Positions 1 through 8,115 of a stretch of DNA of 61,053 bases are shown here, piece after piece; the stretch's first letter is position 1; each line of letters starts with the position of its first letter. The stretch covers positions 1-61,053 of the IMG/VR virus record IMGVR_UViG_3300032278_004243. One strand, written 5' to 3'. Under the pieces are notes generated by a model. It was not told the origin of the DNA and did not search any database. It worked only from the letters and a program-made list of their open reading frames with translations. This stretch comes from a virus (taxonomy: Duplodnaviria; Caudoviricetes). Both the position numbers and the translations under genes were made by a program.

Positions 1-189
1 ATGACCGACTCCCTCCACGATCGCCTGCAGGCCATCTACAACCAGCTCAAGGACTTTCCCGAGGCCGGCCGCTGCGAGCACGGCACGCATCTGAAGCCGG
101 CAGCGTTCGTCGCGTTCCTGGAGCTTCGGCAGCTGATCGAGCGCGAGGTTCTGCCGACGCTGCATCAGATGCAAAACCGCAAAGACTAG
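1..189 (+). CDS. Hypothetical protein (62 aa)
   Basis: ATG at base 1, typical high-GC codon usage, no recognisable motif. Confidence 0.55.
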   Translation: MTDSLHDRLQAIYNQLKDFPEAGRCEHGTHLKPAAFVAFLELRQLIEREVLPTLHQMQNRKD

Positions 190-301
190 GAAGAACTAGG
201 TGATTGTACACCTTGCAAACACAAGGGATAACTCACTGATCTGACTCGACTCTGTGCAAGCCTGTGGCATCTTCCGCGTGTCGCATAAACGGGGGCTTCG
301 C

Positions 302-802
302 TTGTTTATCAGTTTTCACGCAAATATCAGCTATCAGTCCGCTCATTTCGTTGAGCGACTTCTACTGAGCCAAGTAGGCAAAGAGGGCGCTAGTGCCACT
401 ATCTTGCTGTGCACGGGCGGCGGAGATAGCGATGCCGGGATCGGCCTGTACCATGTGATGAAGGCACTGCCCTATCCAATCCATGTTCATGCCGCAGGCA
501 TTTGCGCCTCGGGCGGTGTTTCCACACTCGCAGGTGGAACTAGGCGAACCTGCTCTCCCGGAACTCACTTTATGCTCCATGGGAGCAAGGCTCCTGACGG
601 AACACTTTCACCACACGTAGGCATGACTCGAGATATCTACAAAACGCAGTTCGGTTGGGATCAAAACAAGCTGGATTTTTTCTTTTCAACCGTGGACGAA
701 AAGTGGTTCGACGAATCCGTTGCGCAGGCAGAAGGTCTCGTTGAAGCGATACAGCCGTTCTCATTTCCTGCCGACGCAACAGTTCATTTCGTTCCAAATT
801 GA
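302..802 (+). CDS. ClpP-like serine protease (moron)
   Basis: ClpP-type motifs TGGG, CASGG (catalytic Ser), FMLHG (His) and WF..A.AEGLVE; TTG start at 302 after a GGGGG SD-like run (ORF open from 254); more AT-rich than the phage core. Confidence 0.75.
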   Translation: MFISFHANISYQSAHFVERLLLSQVGKEGASATILLCTGGGDSDAGIGLYHVMKALPYPIHVHAAGICASGGVSTLAGGTRRTCSPGTHFMLHGSKAPDGTLSPHVGMTRDIYKTQFGWDQNKLDFFFSTVDEKWFDESVAQAEGLVEAIQPFSFPADATVHFVPN

Positions 803-887
803 CTATCAAGCGACCTCAGCGGTGTCGTTTACGCATTCCGCCGCATCCCATATACTGTTGGGGGAGGCGCACGGGTAATTCTGCGCT

Positions 888-1172
888 TTACGGCTTCGTG
901 CACCCCGAGATCAGCGCCATCGCCTGATCGAGCGCCGCGCTCAGCCGCAGCGCATCGGCGGCGAGCAGATCCGCGTCGCTCACGGCATTGCCTGTCAGCT
1001 TGTCGCCCACGCGCGGCGGCATGGAGGGCACGTCGCTGGCCTTGATGCAGGGAACGGGCACCGGGACTTCCACGCGCTCGGTGCGGACTTCGATCGCAGG
1101 CGGCGGAGGATGGGCACAACCGGCGAGGGTGAAAGCCGTTCCGCTGATGGAGGCGAGGATCAGGCGGCGCAT
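888..1172 (-). CDS. Outer-membrane spanin (Rz1-like lipoprotein)
   Basis: Signal peptide with lipobox LAG-C, Pro-rich region, last gene of the lysis cassette. Confidence 0.8.
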   Translation of the reverse strand: MRRLILASISGTAFTLAGCAHPPPPAIEVRTERVEVPVPVPCIKASDVPSMPPRVGDKLTGNAVSDADLLAADALRLSAALDQAMALISGCTKP

Positions 1173-1636
1173 CAGAGTTGTCCTTTCGCAGTCATGACGG
1201 CCGGGCTCGTGCGGCAGTCGGCGCCAGAGCCCGCAGGAGCCCGCTGAGCGTCTATCCTGGCGGCAAGGCCCTCGCGCACTGCAGCGCGGTCCTTTGCCTG
1301 CGTCAGCGCCATCTGCCCGGCCTGGACGCGCTTGTCGGCATCTGCCTTCAGTCCCTCGACGGCAGCGTTCTGCTCATGCAGCGCGGCGGTGAGCCTGTCG
1401 TTCGACTGGCGAGTGACCTCCTCGGCCTTGCGCCAGCCGTCGCGCTCAAGCTTCAGCGCCGCAATCTGGCCGTCGCGCAAGATGATGCCCATCTGCCACC
1501 ATGCCAGTGCCGCCAGCAGCACGATGATTGCGGCGCCCATGACGCGCTCGCGGCTGCCAGTGATCCACTGCCAGCCCTTGTGCAGCCACGTGCGCAGGCC
1601 GAGCAGCTGCTCGGCGATCCAGAACAGCCAAGTCAT
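1172..1636 (-). CDS. Inner-membrane spanin (Rz-like)
   Basis: N-terminal TM helix, long coiled coil, C-terminal Cys; abuts the Rz1-like gene. Confidence 0.75.
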   Translation of the reverse strand: MTWLFWIAEQLLGLRTWLHKGWQWITGSRERVMGAAIIVLLAALAWWQMGIILRDGQIAALKLERDGWRKAEEVTRQSNDRLTAALHEQNAAVEGLKADADKRVQAGQMALTQAKDRAAVREGLAARIDAQRAPAGSGADCRTSPAVMTAKGQL

Positions 1637-2115
1637 GCCGCCACCGCCATCGCCGGGAACATCGCGTCCATGAGCGCGCGAAAGTCGGCCTTGTCCTGAT
1701 CGGTCATCTGATCGAGCGGTTTCAGCCTCGCTGCCTTGCGCGCCAGCCAGCGCGGGTCCGCCTCGATCGCCGCCGAGCTCATTCCGGCGAACAGCGAGAC
1801 ATCATCGGCGACGTGGACATTGTCGCTTTGGAAGTTGCCGAGGTGGCCAAGCAGCAGGTGGTGGTTGGCCTCGGGATCGCCGCGCTCCGTTTCGCAGAGC
1901 ACGATCAGGTTGCGCGGATCGAGCTCGAGGTCGGGCCGGCCGAGCGCGACGCAGTAATGGAAGGGCAGAACATGGTGGACCTGCCGTCCTTTCACCGCCT
2001 TGTCCGGCCCGCACGCAGCGCAATGCGGATGCAGGTGCAGCACCACCTTCTCGACATGCGGCCAAGCCGGGCTGCGCGGCGGCTCGTGATGCTGGCCGTT
2101 GGAGTAGTCAGTCAT
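1633..2115 (-). CDS. HNH endonuclease-like protein
   Basis: CAACG...QVHHVLP...DPRNLIVLC...HH; ATG at 2115 overlaps the endolysin stop. Confidence 0.7.
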   Translation of the reverse strand: MTDYSNGQHHEPPRSPAWPHVEKVVLHLHPHCAACGPDKAVKGRQVHHVLPFHYCVALGRPDLELDPRNLIVLCETERGDPEANHHLLLGHLGNFQSDNVHVADDVSLFAGMSSAAIEADPRWLARKAARLKPLDQMTDQDKADFRALMDAMFPAMAVAA

Positions 2116-2759
2116 GCCGCGTCCTTCATGCAGGCGGTGCGCTCGCGCTGGCGGCGCGCGGTGAGGCCCCCGATCGGGCACAGCCACTTCCCGTCCTTTT
2201 TGCGGGTGCAGGCCTTGCCGGGGCGAGGCGCTGGGAAGGTGCCCTTGTCCCAAGACAGGAACGCATCGCAGGCGGGGCCGATCCTGCCGGCGTCAACCAG
2301 CTTGCGCGCGGTCGAACCGCACCAGCTTGGCGAACCGATGTTGTAGGCCATGGACACCGCGGCGAAGCGCACGTTGTCGCGGCGCGGAATAGTGAGGGAG
2401 AGGCCCGGCGTGCAGCGCATCACATCGCTGGACGTGGCCACGAGCTCTTCCTCGAGCATGGTGCTGCACTGCGCTTCGGTGAACTGGTCCTTCACCGTGA
2501 TCGGGCGGCCCTTGTACCGGGTCAGGCCATCACACGCGGTCGCCACGCCCACACTATCGAGATAGGCCTTCAGGTACAGCGGGCCGGAGACGTGCTTCAG
2601 CGTAGCCGTGCCGTCGACCTGAAAACTGACCTCGACCTTGCGGCCCGATTCCTCGGCCGGCACCGCCTTGAACAGCATGGTGGCCGCGGCGATGCCGACA
2701 ATGGCGAGGAGAGTGCCTTTCTTGGCGCGCGATGGCTGGGGCGGCGGGTTACTGGCCAT
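2112..2759 (-). CDS. Endolysin, GH24 lysozyme with putative SAR anchor
   Basis: AYLDSVGVATACDG, S.AYNIG, AC.AF..W and GL..RR..E motifs; N-terminal Gly/Ala-rich weakly hydrophobic helix; start MASN at 2759. Confidence 0.9.
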   Translation of the reverse strand: MASNPPPQPSRAKKGTLLAIVGIAAATMLFKAVPAEESGRKVEVSFQVDGTATLKHVSGPLYLKAYLDSVGVATACDGLTRYKGRPITVKDQFTEAQCSTMLEEELVATSSDVMRCTPGLSLTIPRRDNVRFAAVSMAYNIGSPSWCGSTARKLVDAGRIGPACDAFLSWDKGTFPAPRPGKACTRKKDGKWLCPIGGLTARRQRERTACMKDAA

Positions 2760-3165
2760 CGGCGGGCTCCTCTTTTGCAATGATAGGCATGACGCTGAGG
2801 TCGAGGTTGGCGCTGTTCTCGCCGACCCAGACCAGCAGGGTTGCGGCTTTCCGGCCGTGCGGCTTTGCGGTCCAATCGACGATCGATCCGCTGCCATCCT
2901 GATCGCGCCCGGACATGAAGTTGCAACGCCCGGTGACCCCGCGGACCGCGCCGCACAGCGAGATCACCAAGCTGTCGGCGTCACCGTGGCAAAACTCACC
3001 CCACGGGATGGCCACGAGATCAATGTCGCGATTGAGTGAGCCATGGACGGTAAGTGCATACCCAGCATCTTTTGCTGCCCGGCGCATCGGCGGCAGGATC
3101 AGGTCGAGCAGCGCACGGTTGTAAGCGCCCTGCACGATGTCGTCGGCTTCGGTGCGGTCGCGCAT
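2749..3165 (-). CDS. Hypothetical phage protein with HGS..RD.D motif (possible nucleotidyltransferase-like fold)
   Basis: VHGSLNRDIDLVAIPW resembles the G-S-x..D-x-D signature; coupled to neighbours. Confidence 0.55.
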   Translation of the reverse strand: MRDRTEADDIVQGAYNRALLDLILPPMRRAAKDAGYALTVHGSLNRDIDLVAIPWGEFCHGDADSLVISLCGAVRGVTGRCNFMSGRDQDGSGSIVDWTAKPHGRKAATLLVWVGENSANLDLSVMPIIAKEEPADGQ

Positions 3166-3554
3166 CAGAGGCCTCCCACAATTTCGCCGTTGGTGATGTA
3201 GCCGTGCCAGTTCCCCCCCGCGCTGCCGTCAATGGAAGGCGTCACGCTGAGCGTTTCGAACGATGCGTTCTCGATGCCTCCGGCAACGGCCCAGCAAAAG
3301 TCGGACTTGCATCCCTGCCAGTCATCGCCAGCCTCTGGCGCGCAAGCATCAACGATTCCGCATTGACTATCGGGTGTTCCCGCGCTGTCGCCGGCGCCGC
3401 GATACGACCCGTCACGCCCTTTGAAGAGATAGAAGCTCTCGACGAAGCAGGTCTGCCAGCTCGTTCGCTTCTCAGGCAGTGGGCAGCGAAAAATGAAACC
3501 GACACGGCGTCCTTCGAAGGTCAGCCATTTCGGATCAAGGTCGGTCAGCCTCAC
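3165..3554 (-). CDS. DUF6527-like protein
   Basis: GFIF-RCP...TLSVTPSI...WHGYITNGEI resembles DUF6527; GTG start overlaps the holin stop (GTGA). Confidence 0.55.
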   Translation of the reverse strand: MRLTDLDPKWLTFEGRRVGFIFRCPLPEKRTSWQTCFVESFYLFKGRDGSYRGAGDSAGTPDSQCGIVDACAPEAGDDWQGCKSDFCWAVAGGIENASFETLSVTPSIDGSAGGNWHGYITNGEIVGGL

Positions 3555-3808
3555 TGCCCGTCCCCCTTCGGCTTGATGCCCGGCTGCGTGCGAACACGCG
3601 CCCAGATCGGGATCACGGTGAAGACGGCGAAGGTGACCAGCGGGCGATAGTGCTCCGGTACCAGCGCCAGGGCCTGCTGCGTCTCGTTCGGATAGGCCAC
3701 GGCGTAGCTCGCCAGCGGGCCCACAAGCAGGGCCAGCTGCACCGAGGTGTACTGCAGCCAATGGCGCGCAGAAGCGCTGGCCGCGTTGATGCGGTCGAGA
3801 AGGCTCAT
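3551..3808 (-). CDS. Holin
   Basis: 85 aa, two hydrophobic segments, charged C-terminus (ARV..QP), upstream of endolysin. Confidence 0.7.
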   Translation of the reverse strand: MSLLDRINAASASARHWLQYTSVQLALLVGPLASYAVAYPNETQQALALVPEHYRPLVTFAVFTVIPIWARVRTQPGIKPKGDGQ

Positions 3809-3822
3809 CGATGTGTCCTTGT

Positions 3823-4146
3823 TCAGGTTTCGGGATAGTCCGGCGCATCGGCCGGAAAGGCCTTGCGCAACACTTCGCGGGCTTGATGCAGCGCCGCGTG
3901 TTCGGGGTGGCTGGTCTCTACGATCGGGATCAGCGCCATCACCACTTGCGCCAGCGCCATTGAGCGGTTGTCCGCCTGTGCAACGCGGGTCTCGAGCAAC
4001 TTGATCCGTTCATCCTGCCGTGCGCCGGCGAGGCCGAGCAGCCAGCGCAGGAAGGCGAAGCAAGCGACCAAGATAGCCACAAATCCGCCGAAGAGGCTGT
4101 GGTTGTCGATGGTGCTCAAGATGCCGAGATCATTGTGAGAACTCAC
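3823..4146 (-). CDS. Single-TM membrane protein (holin/antiholin-like)
   Basis: N-terminal TM (LFGGFVAILVACFAFLRWLL) then coiled coil; GTG start overlaps upstream TGA. Confidence 0.55.
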   Translation of the reverse strand: MSSHNDLGILSTIDNHSLFGGFVAILVACFAFLRWLLGLAGARQDERIKLLETRVAQADNRSMALAQVVMALIPIVETSHPEHAALHQAREVLRKAFPADAPDYPET

Positions 4147-5288
4147 GGCAGGCTGCTCGGGTTCGTCACATAGGTATCGCCGTAGTACCTGCCGATTGGG
4201 CTGTTCGCTTCCTGCCACAGGGCATAATCGCGGGCTTCGACTTCGGCATAGCTGCGGCCGGAAATCGTCAGGTCTTCCATGTAGATGCGCTGGATGATCC
4301 GCGAGGATGACTTGTTGCCGAAGCTGGTCGCATTCGACCACGCGCCGACCGGCCCGAACTGAGCCAGATTGTAGTTGAAGTTCGTGGTCGTAAGCGCGCC
4401 GCCGGTCGGGCCGTTGATGCCGACCGACTTGAAACGGGGGGCCAGCGTTGACCATGCGGAGGGCGCTTGCTTGGTGCCAAGCTGATTGGCGCCCGTTGGA
4501 AACTGCACCGAACCGTCTGCATAGAGCGCCATCAGGCCAGCCCCGGTACCACTCGCGATCGATGCAAAGGGCGGCTGAGCTGAGAGCGCCGCACGGGTGA
4601 GCACATCCCACACCGAATAATAGAACTTGTTGTTCGGATTGGCGATGATCCAGTTGAGCAGGCCCTGTCCGGGGTTAATGCTGAGCCCCTGGAAGCTGGT
4701 GCCGTTGTTCGTCTGGCTGATGATCACATGCAGCCCACCCTTGGTGCTGCGCTCGGTCTTGAGCACGCTGGCGGTGTCCGCCGTCGCCCCGCTGCTCCCG
4801 GCACCGCGCGAGAGGGCGTATCCGCTGAATGTCGTGGTTGTATTGACCGTGCCAGCGGTCGGGCTGGACACCGTACCGCTGACATTGAGCTGATATGTGC
4901 CACGAAGTCCCAGCGCCCCACCAGGTTCGGTGCTGGTAAGCTGCTGAAGAATGCCAGTGCCGGTGCTCAACCCCGCAATCGAGAGCGTCTGCCCCGATTT
5001 TAGCGAACCCAAAGCGACCGCGCTAACCGTCATCGTCGTACCGCTAACGGTGCAGGTGAAGCTGCACGCACCCAACATGCTCGTGAAGTAGCCCGCCCCA
5101 ATGTTGGGATAGACGCCCGAGCCCGGCGCCGGGCTGCCGGACAGCGGATTGGCCGAGTGGTTGGGTTCGAACAGGATCAGCGAACCGGGCACAAGCAGGC
5201 CATCGGTCGCATCCGCCCAAGGAAGCGTGGGATCGGGATCGACACCGCCCACGGTGGGGATGATCCAGTCAAGACGATAGGCAACCAT
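4143..5288 (-). CDS. Tail spike-associated structural protein
   Basis: Gly/Ser/Thr-rich; ERSTKGGLH and RIYMEDLTISGR motifs recalled from partners of SGNH tail spikes; directly follows the spike gene. Confidence 0.6.
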   Translation of the reverse strand: MVAYRLDWIIPTVGGVDPDPTLPWADATDGLLVPGSLILFEPNHSANPLSGSPAPGSGVYPNIGAGYFTSMLGACSFTCTVSGTTMTVSAVALGSLKSGQTLSIAGLSTGTGILQQLTSTEPGGALGLRGTYQLNVSGTVSSPTAGTVNTTTTFSGYALSRGAGSSGATADTASVLKTERSTKGGLHVIISQTNNGTSFQGLSINPGQGLLNWIIANPNNKFYYSVWDVLTRAALSAQPPFASIASGTGAGLMALYADGSVQFPTGANQLGTKQAPSAWSTLAPRFKSVGINGPTGGALTTTNFNYNLAQFGPVGAWSNATSFGNKSSSRIIQRIYMEDLTISGRSYAEVEARDYALWQEANSPIGRYYGDTYVTNPSSLP

Positions 5289-5305
5289 GTGTCAGGGTCC
5301 TTGTG

Positions 5306-7636
5306 TCAAAGCGCTGCGAGGCCGGAGAACCAGCCGAGTGAGCGGATTTTGCGGTAGTAACGGAGCGCCCAGAGCGCGTAGCCAAAGTCGTTCAGGTGCA
5401 GGAAGTCCGTGCCCGTCCCGTCGAAAGCCCCCGCGCGCATACCGGTCGGAATGTAGCCAGCGGCAATATCGGCGGCATCGGTGTGACCGTTGGGATAAGC
5501 CCCATAGTTGTCGGGGACGAAGCCGATCGCGGTCATTTCGTCGGTGGTCGGCACGGCGTTCAGGTCCACGAAGCGCGGGCCATAGACGGCCGATATCGCG
5601 TTGTTGATCGTGGTGAAGTTCGCCAGCGTATCGCCAATCGCCGCCAGCACGCCGCCCACCAGATAGCGCTTTTCGAGCGAAGTCTGGTAGGCGACGGAAG
5701 CCGCCAGCGCGTTCAGGATCGGCGTAGCCGAGCTGGTTCCGTCATTGCGGCCGTAAGTGAGAAGCTGGATGTTCGGGCGGCTCGAAACGCCGTTGTCGGG
5801 AATGAACGGCGTGTTAGCAGGGCAGGGCGTCGAAGCCCCAGCTGCGGCGCGCGTAAAGGTATAGGTGCTGGTCCCACGTCCTGCGACGTTGCTGCCCGAG
5901 AGCGTGCCCGGAACACCGGCCAGCGTGCCAGTGAGGGAGAGCGCACCGGAGAACCCGCCTTGCAGTAGAATGTCGACCGAATAAGCCGTGACAGTGACTG
6001 GCCCGGATGCCGGTATGGTATTGCCCGTCACCGTGATCAGGCACGAGGGGTTTTGCCGCCCGCTGATCTCGGCGCTGATCTCGTTGGGCTGGCCGTAGTT
6101 GTTGACTGCGGTTGCTTTGCCCGAAAGCAGCGCGGCAAGCTGAGTCGGGAATGGCCCATGCTTGGCCGAATAGGAAACCGGGATTGTGGTGCCATTGCCA
6201 GCGGTCAGGCTGTCGCCCCAGCAATCCACCACGTTATACGGCAGCACCGATCCACCCGCGCCGCCCTCGATCGGCTTGTATAGCGACCGATTTGCTGCCG
6301 AATCCCAGTAGACCACGTTCGCGCCGTCGCTGGTGATCGCAGGCGCACTGGCGTTGGAAGTGCCGTCAGTCAGATTGAACGTCGCGCTGTCCGATTTGCG
6401 CACGCTCACCAGCTGCAGCTTGCTCCCAGTCGTGATTTGGGAGGTGACAGTATAGTTTGCGTTGGTCGCCACACCGCCGCCACCACCGAGCCGGTCCGCA
6501 AGCTTGACGGCCGGTTGATCTGACATGACCGCGGTCGCCGGAACCGTCATTCGCTGCGGGAAGAAGCCTTGGATCGTGTCCCACGTCCCCAGGACGCGGT
6601 TGCCGAGGCGAAACCGATAGACCGAACCGACTTCTGCAGGCGCATCCTTGAATGTCGCGCCCCAGAAGGCGGTCATCAGGCGGTCGACGAGGTTAGTCGA
6701 GGTGTCATCGTCGACCTTGGTCTGTAGCGCGGGGAGTGTAATGCGCGTCGGCGCAAAGCCGCGGATCGCGTTCCACGTGGCCAGCAGCCTGCTACCAAGA
6801 ATGAAGCGCAAAGCAGCGCCGGTTTCTGCCGGAGCTTGAGCGGTGGGAATATTGGCTACTGCGGCATCGATGCCAGCCTTTTGATATTGCGACCATTGAG
6901 CGCCGCCGACGTTCCAAGGTGCAATTACGCCGCCAGATGCCTGCCACCCAAGCAGATAGGTTGCGCTGCTGTTGGCATTTGGCGCGAGGAAAATGCGACC
7001 TGCTTGGATTGCGGAAACCGTCGCCGTTGGCAGCGTAGCACCCGTCAATCCAGTGCCGCTGGGCAGCGCATACGTCGGCGCAGTATTGACCGTCGCAATG
7101 CCTCGTGCGCCGACTCGAACGCTGGCAATCTTGCCGTCGTTACCCACCGTAATGAACGCGGTGTGCCCCACAGGGCCACCCGTTACGACAAGCTGATATT
7201 CGCCCGGCGTGCCGCCTGAGCCTGTGCCAATGCCGCCAGACAGAGCTGAGACTTCAAAGGGCAGCGCACCGCCAGCCGAAACCGAAGTCGTCAAAGTGCC
7301 AACTGCACCTTGATTTGCAACGACTGCCTGCAACGCCGAATCTAGAGCATCTTTTACGGTCACCGTGCCATAGCCGATCGCAGCCGCGCCTGCGCTCGAC
7401 AGTAGGCTATTGATAAACGTTTGGACTGAGCTGCCGCCAGTTGCGCCAATGATTCCGGCACCGCTTGAACTCAGCAGCTTTGCAATGAATGACTGTACCG
7501 TCTCGCCGTTCGAAAGGCCGATCAGAGAGCCGCCCTGTCCGGACGCGGTGGCTGCCAGCGATGCAATCGGGACGTAGTTGGCGAGCGCGGCGTTGAGGTC
7601 GGCAGCGGTCAGTATCTTGCCCGGCTCAAAGGTCAT
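5306..7636 (-). CDS. Tail spike / receptor-binding protein with C-terminal SGNH/GDSL hydrolase
   Basis: Blocks WGDSLT, NNYG, YGRND and DFLHLN; N-terminal GA..IG...TVQ repeats typical of tail-spike anchors. Confidence 0.8.
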   Translation of the reverse strand: MTFEPGKILTAADLNAALANYVPIASLAATASGQGGSLIGLSNGETVQSFIAKLLSSSGAGIIGATGGSSVQTFINSLLSSAGAAAIGYGTVTVKDALDSALQAVVANQGAVGTLTTSVSAGGALPFEVSALSGGIGTGSGGTPGEYQLVVTGGPVGHTAFITVGNDGKIASVRVGARGIATVNTAPTYALPSGTGLTGATLPTATVSAIQAGRIFLAPNANSSATYLLGWQASGGVIAPWNVGGAQWSQYQKAGIDAAVANIPTAQAPAETGAALRFILGSRLLATWNAIRGFAPTRITLPALQTKVDDDTSTNLVDRLMTAFWGATFKDAPAEVGSVYRFRLGNRVLGTWDTIQGFFPQRMTVPATAVMSDQPAVKLADRLGGGGGVATNANYTVTSQITTGSKLQLVSVRKSDSATFNLTDGTSNASAPAITSDGANVVYWDSAANRSLYKPIEGGAGGSVLPYNVVDCWGDSLTAGNGTTIPVSYSAKHGPFPTQLAALLSGKATAVNNYGQPNEISAEISGRQNPSCLITVTGNTIPASGPVTVTAYSVDILLQGGFSGALSLTGTLAGVPGTLSGSNVAGRGTSTYTFTRAAAGASTPCPANTPFIPDNGVSSRPNIQLLTYGRNDGTSSATPILNALAASVAYQTSLEKRYLVGGVLAAIGDTLANFTTINNAISAVYGPRFVDLNAVPTTDEMTAIGFVPDNYGAYPNGHTDAADIAAGYIPTGMRAGAFDGTGTDFLHLNDFGYALWALRYYRKIRSLGWFSGLAAL

Positions 7637-7652
7637 ATCTGGCGTATCCTGG

Positions 7653-7679
7653 CAAAGAAAAACCCCGCCGAAGCAGGGT
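7653..7679 (-). terminator. Rho-independent terminator
   Basis: Minus strand ACCCTGC-TTCG-GCGGGGT-TTTTCTTTG (cUUCGg loop plus U-tract), downstream of the fibre chaperone gene. Confidence 0.75.
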
Positions 7680-7713
7680 CATGTGAAATCGGAAGCTGCA
7701 TTGAGGCGCTTGA

Positions 7714-8103
7714 TCAGCCCCAGTCGGGCTGAGGCGCTTCAGGCCATTTCGGCGCGGGCACTGGCTTGCGGAAAATTGCGCGGACCGCCTCGCGGTAGGC
7801 TGTGAAGTCCGCCGCGTTCTTGAGCGAGGCAGCCACGTCTGCCGCTTGCGTGTAGTCGGTGGCCGAAAGCAGCGCGCGGGCATCCTGCTTGCACTTGGCG
7901 ATCAGCTCATCATCGGTTGGCGGCGCGGGATCGGTCAGCACCGGCAAGCCACCTTTCCCGACGGTGATCTGCTTTCCGACAGCCTGCCCGGCCATCATGT
8001 CGTAGTAGAGGGGGGCTTCGATCTCGACGGCATCCTCGGGAATGAAGCCCGAGTTGGCCTCGACCGTGTAGAAACCGCGCGTGGAAGGCGAAAAGTAGTG
8101 CAT
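7714..8103 (-). CDS. Tail fibre assembly chaperone
   Basis: YFSPST.GFY...IPEDAVEI...GQ..GK.I...GLPVL.DP and C-terminal AYR..VR...WPEAP; follows the fibre gene. Confidence 0.8.
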   Translation of the reverse strand: MHYFSPSTRGFYTVEANSGFIPEDAVEIEAPLYYDMMAGQAVGKQITVGKGGLPVLTDPAPPTDDELIAKCKQDARALLSATDYTQAADVAASLKNAADFTAYREAVRAIFRKPVPAPKWPEAPQPDWG

Positions 8104-8115
8104 CGCGGGTTCCTC

